Positions 49,170 through 63,449 of a DNA stretch of 64,000 nucleotides are shown here, one piece after another. The stretch lies in the NCBI GenBank assembly GCA_051362555.1, contig CM120641.1, forward strand, positions 7,068,001-7,132,000. The letters are read 5' to 3'. The position numbers and the translations under genes are program-made. The number at the start of each line of letters is the position of its first letter. Within the stretch, counting starts at the first letter, position 1. Below the pieces are notes generated by a model. That model was not told the origin of the DNA and did no database searches. It worked only from the letters and a program-made list of their open reading frames with translations. Origin of the DNA: Lingula anatina (lineage: Eukaryota; Animalia; Brachiopoda).

Positions 49170-49960
49170 GCTTCGTATGGCTGAAATCTGGGGAGTTACC
49201 CCTTTTTACAGACAATACCCTATTCGAAAATCTACAATTCTTCAAACAACTTTTGGAGTTACAAAAACACGCATCCTCAAGGTGAGATTAGGCGTTCCCT
49301 AGCCTATATAACTCAGATGATAAAATACTGGATAAAAATGCTGAATATGCATATGGACGATAATGTTTGGTTAAATAAATGTATCAAGATGATGTTCAAA
49401 ACTATAATTTTAGCCACAGCAGACAATGGTAGTTTCTGATGGAGTGAAGAGGCCAAAAAGAAAAGGCTTTGCTTGAATAGAGTTAAGGGTATTTAGACTG
49501 AGTTAGTTTTAAAAATTTGTCCACGTCTATACAAGAACCACATCAAAGATACACATGTATATACTGTATCAAAATTGGCATAATGACAATGAAAATGAAA
49601 ATATATAAAAACGTCGTACTCATAAAAATTCAAAAATTATGATTAGAAACTATTTAAACATAATCTATGGAACAGAGGTACAGAAAAACGTTTAAAACTC
49701 ATTAGATTTCGGTATCAAACAGACAGGCTCACCAAACCTAACTTAAGAGACGTGGAAAATGACTTTTTCCTCACAAAAGTCTCGCTCCACGAGAGAAACA
49801 GAAAACACCTCTTTCAAAAAGCTACAGATCATAATTATATTTTATGCCCCTAAGTCAGGTAGACAAACTCATTTTCATTTTGAGATGTCCTGAAAAATTC
49901 CTCATCTTTGCACTTGTTTAGCTTCTGAGCTTATCTATGAAAATGAGAATTCGTGCTTCA
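49170..49960 (+). mobile_element. Heavily degraded non-LTR retrotransposon, related to 24314-25410
   Basis: Fragments gaaatctgggga (EIWG), aaacaacttttggag (KQLL/G) and ataaaatactggataaaaatg (IKYWIKM) occur in the same order as in the more intact copy, with many stops and frameshifts. Confidence 0.6.
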
Positions 49961-51951
49961 TTTAACATAACACAAAGTTTATAATCAACTATTTGCATTG
50001 CCATAGTTTTTAGATTAAGTATTGCCATAGTTTTATATTAAATATTACACATTATTATTGGACATTAGTTTTTTATTGTATAACAAACAGTGTGTACATA
50101 TATATATATTTAATGTACATTGTCACTAGGTGCAACGAACTGTCCTCTGTATGTGATACATAAACCATGAGTGTGACTGTTAGATCTAGAATATCAATAA
50201 GATTGAAGGGGGGGGGGATGTCTTGTACTGTCCGCCTGTGATTATTAGTGTCTAAATTGTTCTTAGATTAGTATGTCTGCGAATTTCGTTTGATTGACAC
50301 CTAATCCACAGGCTCAATCTTGACCAAAGCTTGCCTTGACGTCAAAGGTAAATTACCTTCGCAGAAACATTGAAACATAACCTTATAAAAATAAAAGGTG
50401 ACGTAATATATCGATTTTAAGCCTAGGGAATTATGAAGACAATGAAGAAAAAGAAATACAATGAAAAATGCTATAAACTGTACAAAGAAAAGAGCCAGCT
50501 GATATCTAAATATTACTAGTACAAATGGAAAATAAGATACAGATAAACTTTTATTGTTATCTCGTAATTAATGACTTTTCTTTTACCCAAAGTTAGAGAT
50601 GCAGGCGGTCAGCCTCAAAGTAAGACGTGAGATTTCAGTATAAAGCTTACTTAGCCACGGGTAACTCGATACGCTATAACAATATTTCGCTTCTTTTAAG
50701 ATTATTTGCTAAACACCGGGAAAGTCATTCTGATTGCTGCGCGGTTGATCTTACACGCGCCTGTGAACAGTTATGTCTCCAACTTAACTTAAAGCTCTTT
50801 GAGCTCTATGTCATTCGACCCCGGTTATCGGCGCTGGTAATCTGAAAATGATAGCAGTATATAATTCACTAAATAAAGACCGATTTCAATTCTCGTTCCG
50901 ACTCTCGAAACTTAATTAAAAAGAGCGACATGGGATAGCGCTTCTAATAGATTCTCTCTGTAATTTGTTGTAAGGCTTAATAAGTTCTTGATATGCGAGA
51001 AACTAGTGAACAAGAGCGCCAGTACTATTCATCAATGTCCCCAATCAGCGACTGGTTTGTTAAAGCAAATACACCGTTCGCCGTGTCTAACCGGGCGTAC
51101 TGCGGAGCTACAACAGGTGAGCTCGAGACTAGGTGCACCATGAGGTGCACTGGGCATGCATGAAGTGACACACGGGATATTTTATCACATTACATCCTAT
51201 TATCACAAAATTCACTGCATGAAAAACTGCGAAATAAACGGAGCTAGCGAGATAGCTTAGGCCTATCTATCTTGTATTTTAGTCTCTGTATCATTTTGGA
51301 TAGTACTGTGATTTGTAAACTACAGTCAAGTAAAAACATGTACTGTGGTACAATGTATATGGATCTCAGAATAGTTTATACATATTATTATTATTATTAT
51401 TATTAATAAAATATGTACTTCATTATGATGGCAGGAGATTTGGTGCTTGCATTTTTTCGAATGAGGTATTTTTTCCTAATGTTACTTCTAGTACTAGTGC
51501 TCAACCGAACATCTACAAAAATAAAGTTTTAAAAATCATTTTTTTAATTTTCAATTGACGTAAATAAATGCAAATGCAGTTGCTACTGTGCAGGATATAG
51601 CGTACCCTGACATAAGACAAAAATACCACTAAAGTCTCTAAAACTTCCGTTTTAGAAAATTAGTTGTTGCCCTTTTTAAATATATTTTATTGTAACGAAC
51701 AACCTACCTTTTCACTAATGCATTTTAATTTGCTCTTCTCCCGACTTAATGTTCAGATTGATTGATTCATTCTATTATTATCTTGACTTCTATTCTTCTA
51801 TTTTTTTTTTTCGTTTGTTGAACTGTTTTTTTTTTTTTTTTTTTCATTTGGTTCCTTTCTCTATCCCTACTTTTACCCTCTTCCACTGTTTGATGATCGA
51901 CGGAAAATTTAAAACTAGGCCTACACCCCCCCTAACTTAGCCCCCCCCCAT

Positions 51952-51984
<33 letters not shown>

Positions 51985-53250
51985 GAGAAGGTAGAAGAAT
52001 GCGACGCATATGTATTATATATTGGTATACTAAAAACAATATTGTATGTCATCATGATTGATACGATTCAGGTTTTGTGCAATGCCTATACAAAGATTAC
52101 ATATTAAATGGATTTTGATATAATATGTGAAGATCTCCTTTTCCTTTTAAAATTGTCTTTACAGTATTCAATGAAGCAATGAAGAAAAGGAAAAAAAGCG
52201 ATAGAAGTAGATGTGGGTGCGTAGTTATCTTTACTTTTAAATACAGAATCGAATTTGAATATTTTGGAAGACTCCTTTATTTTTGATATCTAGGATTTAC
52301 TTTTGTCAAGTTTTGATGCAGGCAATCTTTTATTTAACAAACACCATAACATTCATTTTGATAATTGGTATCAGCCCATGCTTTCATTTCCAGAAATATA
52401 AGATTTTGTAAGACCGTCTTTTTTGTGCGAATCAATGACGCATGGTTAGTACGTCAAAAAGTTTCAGACTCCTTTGTAAATTTTCAGACTTCTGAAACAT
52501 TGTAACTTGTTCTCCATTCAGATTGTGAGTTTAACCAAAAAAATCATAAAGTCATAATCAAGTCGATGTCTTTTCTAATCTCCTCTAGTTTATGAGATAT
52601 TTCCTAGAAATCCAGATCATTAATTAAAAACCCATCAAATGATCATGTGCCGTGTGTAGCACACACGACGTCTCAATGAGGCGCACGCGCACACTAGACT
52701 CGGGTGAAGACGTTTGCAGGTGCGGTCTTCTTTCAGACCTCATCATTTGAAGAGTGGGTCAATCCTTTTCTGAAGTCTCGTCTCACGCCTGCGTGGTTTC
52801 CTCAGTCTGCGGCTCGTGATGTCTTTATGAAGGAAGCATTAAACTTGTAATTAATACCTAGCCGTCGTCATAAGAATTAATATTTCCTGATTTTTTCCTA
52901 TTCCAGAAAATCATAAAAAATCGGACGGTAATGAAGTGGAAATTTAACAAAACGTCTTTCTTTTGCTTTAGCTTGGCCTTTGTGATTCCCTGCAATTCGT
53001 ATAATAATTTCGCACATTTAGAGAGTTTCTCATAATGTGAGCCCTGGGAAAGAATTTTACTAAACGAAATCTTCATGCAAATGTTTTTCTGTTTGACTCG
53101 TGTCATCTTTATTTCTGAAGTTAGATAACGGACAGATAAGAGACCTGGTTCAACAAGTGCGCGCGTCTCTTGTGGGATAACGGCGGTTAATTCAATGATG
53201 ACTGTCGCTTCACAATGTTTTCCCAGGAAGGAAACGGGCTTTTCTTACAG

Positions 53251-53287
<37 letters not shown>

Positions 53288-56200
53288 AGTGACTATCTAA
53301 AGTAATTTAAGTGCAATAGCTTTATTCGTGTTGCTCATCAATATGAGCACTGCAAACGTTAGAAGTTTTTTGGAAAGGATAAGACGTACATGTTTATCAG
53401 GAAAAGTTGTTACCTAAAATTTTATGAATATTATAAAATGTATTAACACCGACAGTCGAGAAATTAAAAAAGGTTAAAGATCGATATGTGTATGCTATAG
53501 TGAGAAACATTTCATTTCTTCTCACATACACGAACACACGAACACACGAACACACCCGCATGCAAACATGAAATATCACTGAGAAGGGGAGACAGGGAGA
53601 GAGAGAAAGAAAATTAAAAGGCAATTGACCCCCCATCCCCCCACCCTTCATCTCCAAAAAAATGATTATAAGTTGTATACACACACAAGAGCTTCTCCTT
53701 ATGCAGCCCATTTTCAGTAATTAAAAATGTAAATGGATGAATATTTCGTGTAAGGAACACACCCCTTCAAAAAAGTCAGGGTACAATTCACACCAAATGT
53801 GCAGTTATTCACAGCAATGTTTTCACGATTTTCCTGATAGGCGGTCGTTATCAAATAGTAAATAATGGTTATCATAAAAAGGTCGGAGTTTGGGTCTTTC
53901 ATCTTCTTGTGATGAAAAACTAATTTGCCGAGACTTCACTTCGTAATCTGTGACGGGCGACCTTTTTTCAAAGTGTATTTGTTTTTCTGTTGAATCAGCA
54001 AATTACGAAGTTCGACGTTTGGCCAAATGACGCAATAATTAATGAACATTTTATTTTTCGTATTAAATCTCGCAAAGAACATCGCTCTTAGGCACGTCCC
54101 ACTGCGGTGGTGCACGAGCCCTGCACGTGCGATCCAAATCATCCTTTGTGCTGGAAATTTGTTCGTTGTAAAATGCGGCAAGTTGTCAAAGACTGCCGCC
54201 AGCGTTTTCCACACAAATGTGTGTCACAACTATCGGTAAATCACTGTGTGCAGACGACCAATCACCGACTGATTCGCCAATTCGCCGGCGGCTTTTCTCC
54301 TTTGATTCCATTTTTTGTTTCGTACAGGTAACCGAATTGCAGACAAAGGCGCAGAAAATAACCACGGAGCACGTTTCATGAGGTACTCCTTCGAAATCAC
54401 ATACATCGTGTATATGAATATTAGAATTTCAAACTGTGCATGTGTATATTTTTACTGTTATTGCCGTTGTAAGTGGTTGACGTTTTCAGAAATCATAGGT
54501 GATTCTGACACAGGCTTTCGGTAACACCAGTAGTAAAAAGGACATCAAATTTGCCATTCCGTTGTGGAGTCGAAACTTTTATGTTTGATTCTATTAAAAT
54601 ATACTCAACACAAAATTTCACAGACGGACCTTAGTGAAGGAACTGATTGTTTAAGTTTCACAAATTTATAATCCACAGAGAAACTTAAAAGATGAAGTTT
54701 TGATCTGACTAATAATTGGAAGAAATGTTGCGAGAGGGAGTCACCTGAAATGTCATCAGAATGGTACCGCGCAAAGTTTCCTTTATTTATTTGCAGGTGT
54801 ACCCCGGCGCAGCTAAAACATTCTCGCCCTACGCTGCTGGTCTTGAAGACGTAAAGAATACATCTACATTGGAATACTTTAAATGCAAACATCATTTTAC
54901 TTGTGATTTTTATGGTTTTCTTTTCATATACAGCTTCTCTGTGTATTTAACAATGTTGAACCTAATTATGGTTTTCCAAACGAGAGATTCTATTACGTAG
55001 GACAAAATTTACGATATAGATTTTGTTTATTTGACCGTTCTATGATTTGCGGAGCAGACCTATGGGACCTTGAATAAAACTTCTTTAATTGGACTGATCT
55101 TGTTAGTGTACCTCTCTGCCAATATTGTCCAATTAGAGGTGTTCAAGCTATTGTACGCAGTACACGGGAACAAAATCGCTAGGTTTATCCACGCAAATTG
55201 TTGGTTTAGTCCAAAACACCACTACACAAATTATTGGTTTATCCCCGCTGCTTGTGTTACACTTGTTGTTTCGAGATTGTTTCTTTCGTGCTGTTAGTGC
55301 ACACTCGCACCTCAGGGACTCTTTAAGTCTTCCCTAATGGGGCGGAGTGCATCTATACAAACCATACGGTGCCTAAAGTCGACAAAGAGTTTTCAATCGA
55401 AGAACCCCGTGTTTGGCCTGCTGAGTCCCACTTGCTTTCATCTGGCTGTTCTTGCTCCTGGGGCGTACATATGTCTGTAACTCGTGTAAATTGCTATCGT
55501 TTTCTTTGTCCATCCATTGTGTCTCTTTACTTTATTGGAAATATTGTTTCGTGGAGCATTGTTCTATCGAACACCTAAAGTGTTTGAAAACATTCGTTGA
55601 CAACCGCTTAATCGGCTCTTCATCGGCAGGGCGCTTTGGCTCGTAAGGAAAGGAACTGCTGCTCCGAGCTCCCGACGCTGCAGGTTACCCCAAGACAGGT
55701 GACCTACATGACGTGGGGACTCGTTTCACCTTTTGTTACCATTGAAACATCTTGTCTGATTGAGAGTCCCCAATCTTTGTGGTCGTCCTCTTGACCCGCT
55801 GTCAGTCTGTTCTAGTGTCTGAAAATGGCCCGCTGCTTGTGCAACTGTCACGTAACACAGAGCATTCTGGAACTGTTCTTCTCTTATCGTTATGAAGTAT
55901 TAGTATATAAATTAGCGCATTTTACGTGTCACCCACGCACTTGACTCTACCAAATGTTTCATGCTGCCGAACATGCCCGTCTTCACGTAATGTGAAATAA
56001 TGAGGTATCTGAGTGATTGTCGAAGTCGATTTGCGCTTCCTTGCGCAGCACGTCCTATTTGAGCAAACTAAAATATAGAACCATGGCTGGACGTTTTCAG
56101 AAAAAATCTAAAAACCCACCAAGCTATGAACCAGAGCCGCTAAATCATATGCTTCTCTACTTGGATGTATTCGGAAAGATAGAAAGAAAAAACCAGGGCT

Positions 56201-59168
56201 CCTTTGATTGTTGCAGGTAAATTGTATTAATATAGGATGGACAGTTAGAGAGAGATATTATGAATTGACTTATGAACAGTATTTCAAGAAAAATGATGCA
56301 CGATATTGTTGATTCTGCCTAAGGTTGGATATGTTCGGAATGTTAAAAAAAAGAACCTTGTCGCTTTGGGTTATATTCAAATAAATTTAGATAAAACCAA
56401 AGAGAACAGATGTTGATGAGTTTGTGAAATCAATTCAAGAGGCTGCGAACACATTTCAGATTTTATCAATGGATTGAAAATAATGAAAGCTGATCTTTTT
56501 GTCACATATTATTAATTGCTTCATGACGTTTTTCAGATCGTTATATGGGTATGTTTTTGATTTTTAAAACTGAAGGTTAGGGCCCTGGTAAAACGTAAAA
56601 GAAGCAAAGAGGAGCATTCTGTGGTGTTGTACATTGCAGAAACTGGTACCGTTTTATTTATGCTGTAATCCAAATTGCGAGCATTGAGCTTCCCAGCATG
56701 CAGTGTTCTGATTGACCCACTCACTGCACCGGAATGGACACAGTGCTCAGCTTGACCGTCTCGTGTCAACAGAACCGGTGGACAATAGTGAGAAAAAGTC
56801 AATTCACTTACTGGAATCTTGACTGCAATACTTGATCACCGCCCTAAGTTACTTTCAAATGCACTGAAGCCTTGTAAATAGCCTTAAGGAGAGAGCACCT
56901 GATGTACGCAGCCATTTTAAATGCAGCTGGTCTGCATTTGAAATAATAAGTTATGATGTGCATTTCTCAAGCAAACTTTTTTAAAAAATCGGTGTTTATA
57001 TAACGTAACTGGCTTTCGGTTTATTGCAGACAGGCAATAGCTGTTGTGTAGATGGAGGATTGATTAGTAGTCTATTATGTATAGAATGAAACTCCTTAAT
57101 AAATAGCCTGGAATAAAATTTTCGGCTGAATCGGTCTACTTCAGTATATCATAATACGTCATTTTTTATTTATATGTTCATTATTGTTATTTTTCTTTTT
57201 TTACAAAACGCAGGAAGTTTTTTTTTTTATACACAAAAAAGAGATTACTCTTTTTTGACGACATGCATTTATCCCGCGCGAATATACGTCATATCATTGA
57301 AATAACAGATTTGATAACGCATCACATCTGTGATTTAGGCGGAGCGCTTCACTCCCTAAGCGGTTCATTAGAACAGCATCGTTAAGTGCTATAGCCGTAT
57401 TCCATCTTTTCAACTAAACTAAATTGACCACTTTCATTTGTAGCAGGTTGCATTACCGACGATTTCAGTAGGCCTTAAATTATAGTTTAGTCGATGAAAT
57501 TAGAGAGTTTATTTTCGATTAAATCGATTTCTATATAATATTTCCCCCAACACTATGTTTACCTTGCCAATTGTAGTAATTGTAGCGTAAAATAGGGCAT
57601 TAGCGAGACGCAGGTGGGGAGAGGTAGAGTTTCCTCAGCTGCGCGAGGGGATCAGCAGACGATAGGCAAATTCACTCTCTAAAACATTTTTCTCCAATTT
57701 CTAGTGTCCCTCAATTAAATGCTTTGCTGCGTTTCGCTGTTTTATGACAAGTTTGTACGCCGGAGAGTTCATTGTTTGTAAACGTTCATACGTTTTCATT
57801 GAAGAGGCAGACGACAGCTATCCAAAGCAGACGACCACGTCCTCAAATTTCTGCCGTACCTTTTTATGAAATACTATATCGTATTTATGGTTGAAGAAAG
57901 CAAGACTTCGATGTTTATAAACTTTTATTTTATGCACAAATAGTCTGACATAGGCCGTGGAAAGATAAGCGAGACAAGCGTCACAAATTGTAGAAGTTGC
58001 TGTCAATACTTTACAGATGTTGAGGGCGAGGTTGACACAATTGAGCTACCGGTGTTTGTAAACTTTCCTTGCCATGGGAGAAGCAGACGATGATGAGCCA
58101 GACGCTGACCAGACTATGGCGTCTATCCCTATTTTTTTTCTTTTTTATCAAAAACTTTATCGTAACTTAAGAGCAAAATGAGCACAATCGAATTTTCAAA
58201 GTTTGTAAACTGTCCTTTTATATTCTCTGGGTTGTCGATGAAAGGGGAACTGGAGCAAGTTTTCCTCTTGGCTTGAATTGTAAACTGGAAAAAAAAATGT
58301 TTGTCGTATTTTAAGGAAAAGCCAGATATAATCAATCAACCCATATTTGATAACTTTTATATTCATCTTATCCCATATGGTTCGTTAACTTTGGCAATTT
58401 TCTCCACGTTTCCAATTTACACCGACTATATTACAATGACTTCTCCCTGAGTTGTCACAAAGAAGGGGTTGAGTCAAAGCACAAAGGGCTCACGACTTCA
58501 TCGGTTCAGGATCATGAGCTCGGTGTACAATGTTTAGATTATTTTGTCTGATTTGTTGATGCTCTCGGACCCCTTATCCTTAGCCAGCAATGCAGTTTGT
58601 TTATGTTCACCATTCATTCTCGCGTCTTATAATATTTATAAATATTGAGTTTGTGAAATCAGTGTGTCGTTCACTGCAAACACTGTTGACATTCGTCCGC
58701 ACCTGAGACTCCGCTGAGGCACAATGCTCCCTTTCAGTCCCCTCAATCGCAAAGTTTAGTTAAACACACATGATGCGATTAGGGAGGTGTAGGCATAAAA
58801 ACATTAAAACACACGTCTATTTAAACCTTTGTTTTCCGTCTGTTTTTACATCCCAGCCCCATTTACACACTCGGCATTCAGGTGTTTCGTTTGCATGCCA
58901 GAAAATATGTCAGGTCAAAGAAACGCAACAACTTCATTGAAAAGGTTAGGAAATCTCATCGCACTCTACCAAAGCGGACACAGCCAATCAAAACATTTAC
59001 CCGTGAGAACGTAAATTTCGCCATTATCTTATACACAGAGACTTTGCCTGCAAGGTTTTATTGCCACTGTAAAAAAAGTTACCGTTTAGTTTTTAAATAA
59101 ACAAATCGTGTGTGGCAACAGGTTGAGAAAACACCAGACTGATGTTACTGTTACCTTTATGAAACCAG

Positions 59169-59208
59169 CAGCTGGAGGCCGTGACGTCACCGAGGTTGTC
59201 ATGGAAAC
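59169..59208. promoter_or_regulatory. Clustered E-box, CRE and RFX X-box motifs
   Basis: cagctg (59169-59174), tgacgtca (59182-59189) and gttgtcatggaaac (59195-59208) within 40 bp. Confidence 0.45.
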
Positions 59209-60446
59209 AGATACACAGACTTATCTTTGGACCTTTGAACATTTTCAAAACTCATTAATGTAACACGGTATAAACATGAAATCAATATTTGTTTTATAAA
59301 TAAAAAATTAGGCTTTTTAATGCCTTTTAATAAATAATCATGGTTTTTTCTGCAATGCACTAATTGAGATAAGATATTTTAAGTATCTTCACAAATAATT
59401 TTAAAGAAGTTCAAGAGACCGAAAAATACCAGAGGTAAAACGTTAAGATTGACTTGCTCATTGGCCTGATATGAATACTTAGATTTCACTGATTTTTGGA
59501 CAAATAATATCCAAATTTTTCTGCGACACACAACAAACAGTCTGACAGAGAGACAAATTAATTGACAAACAAGCAAACAAACAATAAGATAAAATCCAAT
59601 ATATTACATAATCAGATGATAAAAATGCCAATTTCATTTGAAATTGTTTCAAGACCACCTTGCTTCATCCGTCTTAGTCTAACGATACCCTACACCATAA
59701 TTCATTTTGGTATGATTATTGGTATAGTAGGTGATACAGGGATTATGAATATTGTATTACTGTGCGTTACATCTTGCCCTGTTGTGTCATCCTATCAGAC
59801 CGCTGGTTTGGCAGGTGATCGTGATGGAGCTGGGGATTATAATCCTCAGCACTCTACAGCAGTGTGTTACACAGTTGCTCTTTGATTATTATTACACCGG
59901 GATTAGAATCGCAGCGTTACCGGGTATTACGTCCTAAAATCTTGGTATAAGAAGTTACGATTATTGTTCCACCACTGTGATGCGTTCATGATAAATTTAG
60001 CATGCATTGCACCCAACGTCGTTAAATATTAAATTATCAAAGCGTGCGCGCTTTCCATTGATATTATCCCGTACATGGTAATCTTACTTATTCCATCCTT
60101 AAATCTTCCGAAATCTGTTGCCTCCCAAAATGTCATGAATTGTGGCTCAGGTATTTTTCTCTTTATGTCCCTTTCCCCGCCCTAGATTCAAAGGTTAAGA
60201 TGAATTATATATAACTGTACTTATATTTACTTAAATATCTGACGTTGGACATTCTAGAAGGAATTAAAAATATTTGTGAAGTAGGCCTAACGCTTTAGTC
60301 GTCCAATTCAGATATTATTCTTTATGCAAGTAGCTTTTGCCATCTTATACTGCCGGTTTTGATGGGCAATAACTGGTACGATTAATAAAAACATTTCAAC
60401 CACTTCCATACGTTTAATATTGAGGTCACCACACTTTGCCCAATAC

Positions 60447-60487
60447 ATTGCGCCATGGACATAATGACATTATGTCCATGATTGCGC
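60447..60487. mobile_element. 27-bp P-element-like remnant with 7-bp TSD
   Basis: attgcgc|catggacataatg-a-cattatgtccatg|attgcgc. Confidence 0.8.
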
Positions 60488-63403
60488 CTTTGAGACTATT
60501 TTTAAAGAGACAATAAATATGTCAAAATTGTATCATTTCGCATTAATTTGCTGTATTGCTTAAAAAGATTCAATAAATAAATAAATAAATAAATATAGAT
60601 CGACAGCCCCTGAAAAGTTTTGATTTTTATAACAGACATCTGAAATATGCCTATATATCAGATCTGTATGATTCGATTTGCCAGCGCCGAGAATATGTCT
60701 AATAACTAAGGGAAGTTTAAAAAGCTTCTATTCACTAAAATTTGCAATTATCAAATTGTCTACACATGTCACTTGAAACTAAGATCAACTCTGATTAAAA
60801 AATAGATAGAGACAGTGCCACAGATTACTTTTTTTCTATGGATAGTGCAGTGTCAGTCAATCAATGAATAGTGATTTCAGACTCGATATCACTTATCATA
60901 TAGCTAAAATTCATGATGGATTAGAGACTGAAATAAGCATTAGTTTTAATTGTTAATATAAAATCATGAACGCAATATGTTAATGGTTCAGCCCAGTTTC
61001 AACACATTTTTCTAATCCATTACTGTATAAAATACATAACAGTTCCTGGAGCACAATCAATCTGACATTGGTGTTAGACCAAAACACACCTTTGATGAAA
61101 AATTAAAGCAGATATTTTTTAGAGATAAGTGGAAACTTTTTTTCCGGTTCGGAAATTCCAGTTGGAGTAGATATTTCGATACCCTCAGTAATGTTGTTCC
61201 CTGTGATTCGTGTTTATATCTGCTTGGTAACCAAACACTTTTTAACATAACTCCCCGACCACACGTCGAACTTCACGCCAAGTCGTATTTAAACCAACAA
61301 TCTTCGCGTGTGCAGCAAGACGTTAAAAGCCTCCTTTAACTCGCGGTGGGCTGGTTGATTTGGCAGTAAGACATCGTATATTGGCTTATCTTTAAATCGA
61401 GCGTTTTTCTAATCCTCAGATTTACTAGACATCTAGGTGAAATTCAACTCTCTTCGAATGATACACGCGAATTTGTGTCTCCCCAAACTTAAACTAAATA
61501 TTTTAAGTAAAAGAGTAAATGGAGAGAAAATATAACGAGGCGTAGAGTACTTTATTCCACTTAATTCCTGATTGTAAGGGAAAGAAATGCCAAATTCTGT
61601 ATACATTCCACGCCTCAGCAAGTTTCATTTGGAAAACATTCGCAAAATCGGATACGTGATCCGTGTTTCGGTTTGTGGCTGTAATGCCAAGCTGTCTGAC
61701 AACAATGCGCGAGATGTTCCAGACAGGCTTCATCCAATTACAAGCTTATTTTGTCAGTTATGTGGAATGAAAACACACAAACATAGCTTTTGAAAGCCAC
61801 CGTGAAAGGTGGGAAAATATTTTGACACCCATTATCAGTTCACCATAATAAAATTCAAATGGATAATAAATAAGTTGACGGAAAGTGATGAAGCAAGGAC
61901 AACCACAAAGACGAGGCTCTTGTCGTCTGAACAATGGTACATATCGAGTTATCTTGAGGGGAGGAATTCTTGAACGTTGGAGCGTGTGTTTTCTTACATC
62001 AAAATTAATTAAATGACAGCAGCTATGTCCAGATTAAGGACAAAATAGAGTTGAAAATAGGAAATCATCCACAGGAATCTTTGTGTTGGTTGAACTTATT
62101 TAACGTCTCTTAATCGCTTCTTAACCAGGTGTGCACGCGCTACGGTTCCTCATAATAAACTTCACTGAAATAGGGACTGGAGTAAACACTAACGCAGTTG
62201 TTCGAAAAGGTAAAAAAAAACGAATAAGAATGAAATAGAATGTCAGACTATATAATGGGGAGCAGGACCCATATGCTGTAAGTCTACACCTACCTCATCA
62301 ACGACTCAGCTTGGGAGAAAAGTTTTTTTCTCTAAAAAGTAGGATTTTTTCCAGCCTGTTGTTTAAACATTTTAGATGTTTACAAGGGCTACTGCAACAT
62401 CTCACTAGCGTCTGTAACCCGTAGCGCGCGGGTGGGCTCCCCTTTACCTCTGTTTCCAAACTTTTATCTCGACTGCATTAACTTTACATTTGTTTTTCCA
62501 GTTTAACGAAAACACGATCTTTATAAGTTTAGGCTAAGTTTAGACTTAAAGAGCTCGCCCGGCTTATATCTTTCGACTCAGTTTTCTTTCCTGGGGCCGC
62601 CGAAGCATGCAATCGGTCTGATCAGAGGCCAGCCCTCAACATGAGCTTACAATAACTACAAGAGCTCCTTGTTGTAAATATTTGAGTAAATGTCGAAAAA
62701 ATCTGTAAGTGTATCTCGGGACTCTGCTGGCAAGTACGTTTTAGGTTACGACCATTATACCGGGAGACATCTGCTAGGCTCCGAACCTATTACCGACTCA
62801 TTATATTTGTGTTATCGCTTTTAGTTAAATCAACACAACAGATAAATATTTACGCCGCAGAGAGGCGAGTGTTTCTCGGATGTCACACTGTCGATCCCTT
62901 CTGTTACTGTAGCTGTTCAGTCAATTAAAACAATAGGTTAACAAGGAAAGTTGACCCCGAGACTTAAAACGTCACCAATAATCTGCTCGAGGATGGACAG
63001 TATCGCGTTGTATATTCCACATGCACATACATGTACACCCATGCATACGCGTTTGCTCGCTCACGGACACAAACCAACGCACACAGGTTTGTTTGCTAAT
63101 AATGAAATTAGACGAGATTTGGACGTATCTGATGACGTCATGAAAATGGATGTTAGCTTTATTCCTTTCCTTTAGATAAGATAAGATAAAACAACGTATA
63201 CAATCTTTCTGGATCAAAAGAACAAAAATGTCTTGTTATACATATACAGTAAAGTTACATAATTATTTGTAGGGCAAACTTATTGAGATTATTGCGAATC
63301 TCTTAATTTTAAGGGATCGAAGAATTCTGTACTTTTTTGTCATTGACAAAGATGATGCTCTTTTATTTGACAAAATTCCAACAGTATTAAATGAACAAAT
63401 GCC

Positions 63404-63406
<3 letters not shown>

Positions 63407-63447
<41 letters not shown>
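63407..63447. repeat. (GT)n microsatellite
   Basis: Directly visible. Confidence 0.9.

Positions 63448-63449
<2 letters not shown>

Noticed and set aside
51930-51980. Long C-runs (G-quadruplex potential on the minus strand)
   Set aside because: Poly-C/G tracts recur throughout the window and homopolymer length is unreliable; there is no specific context.
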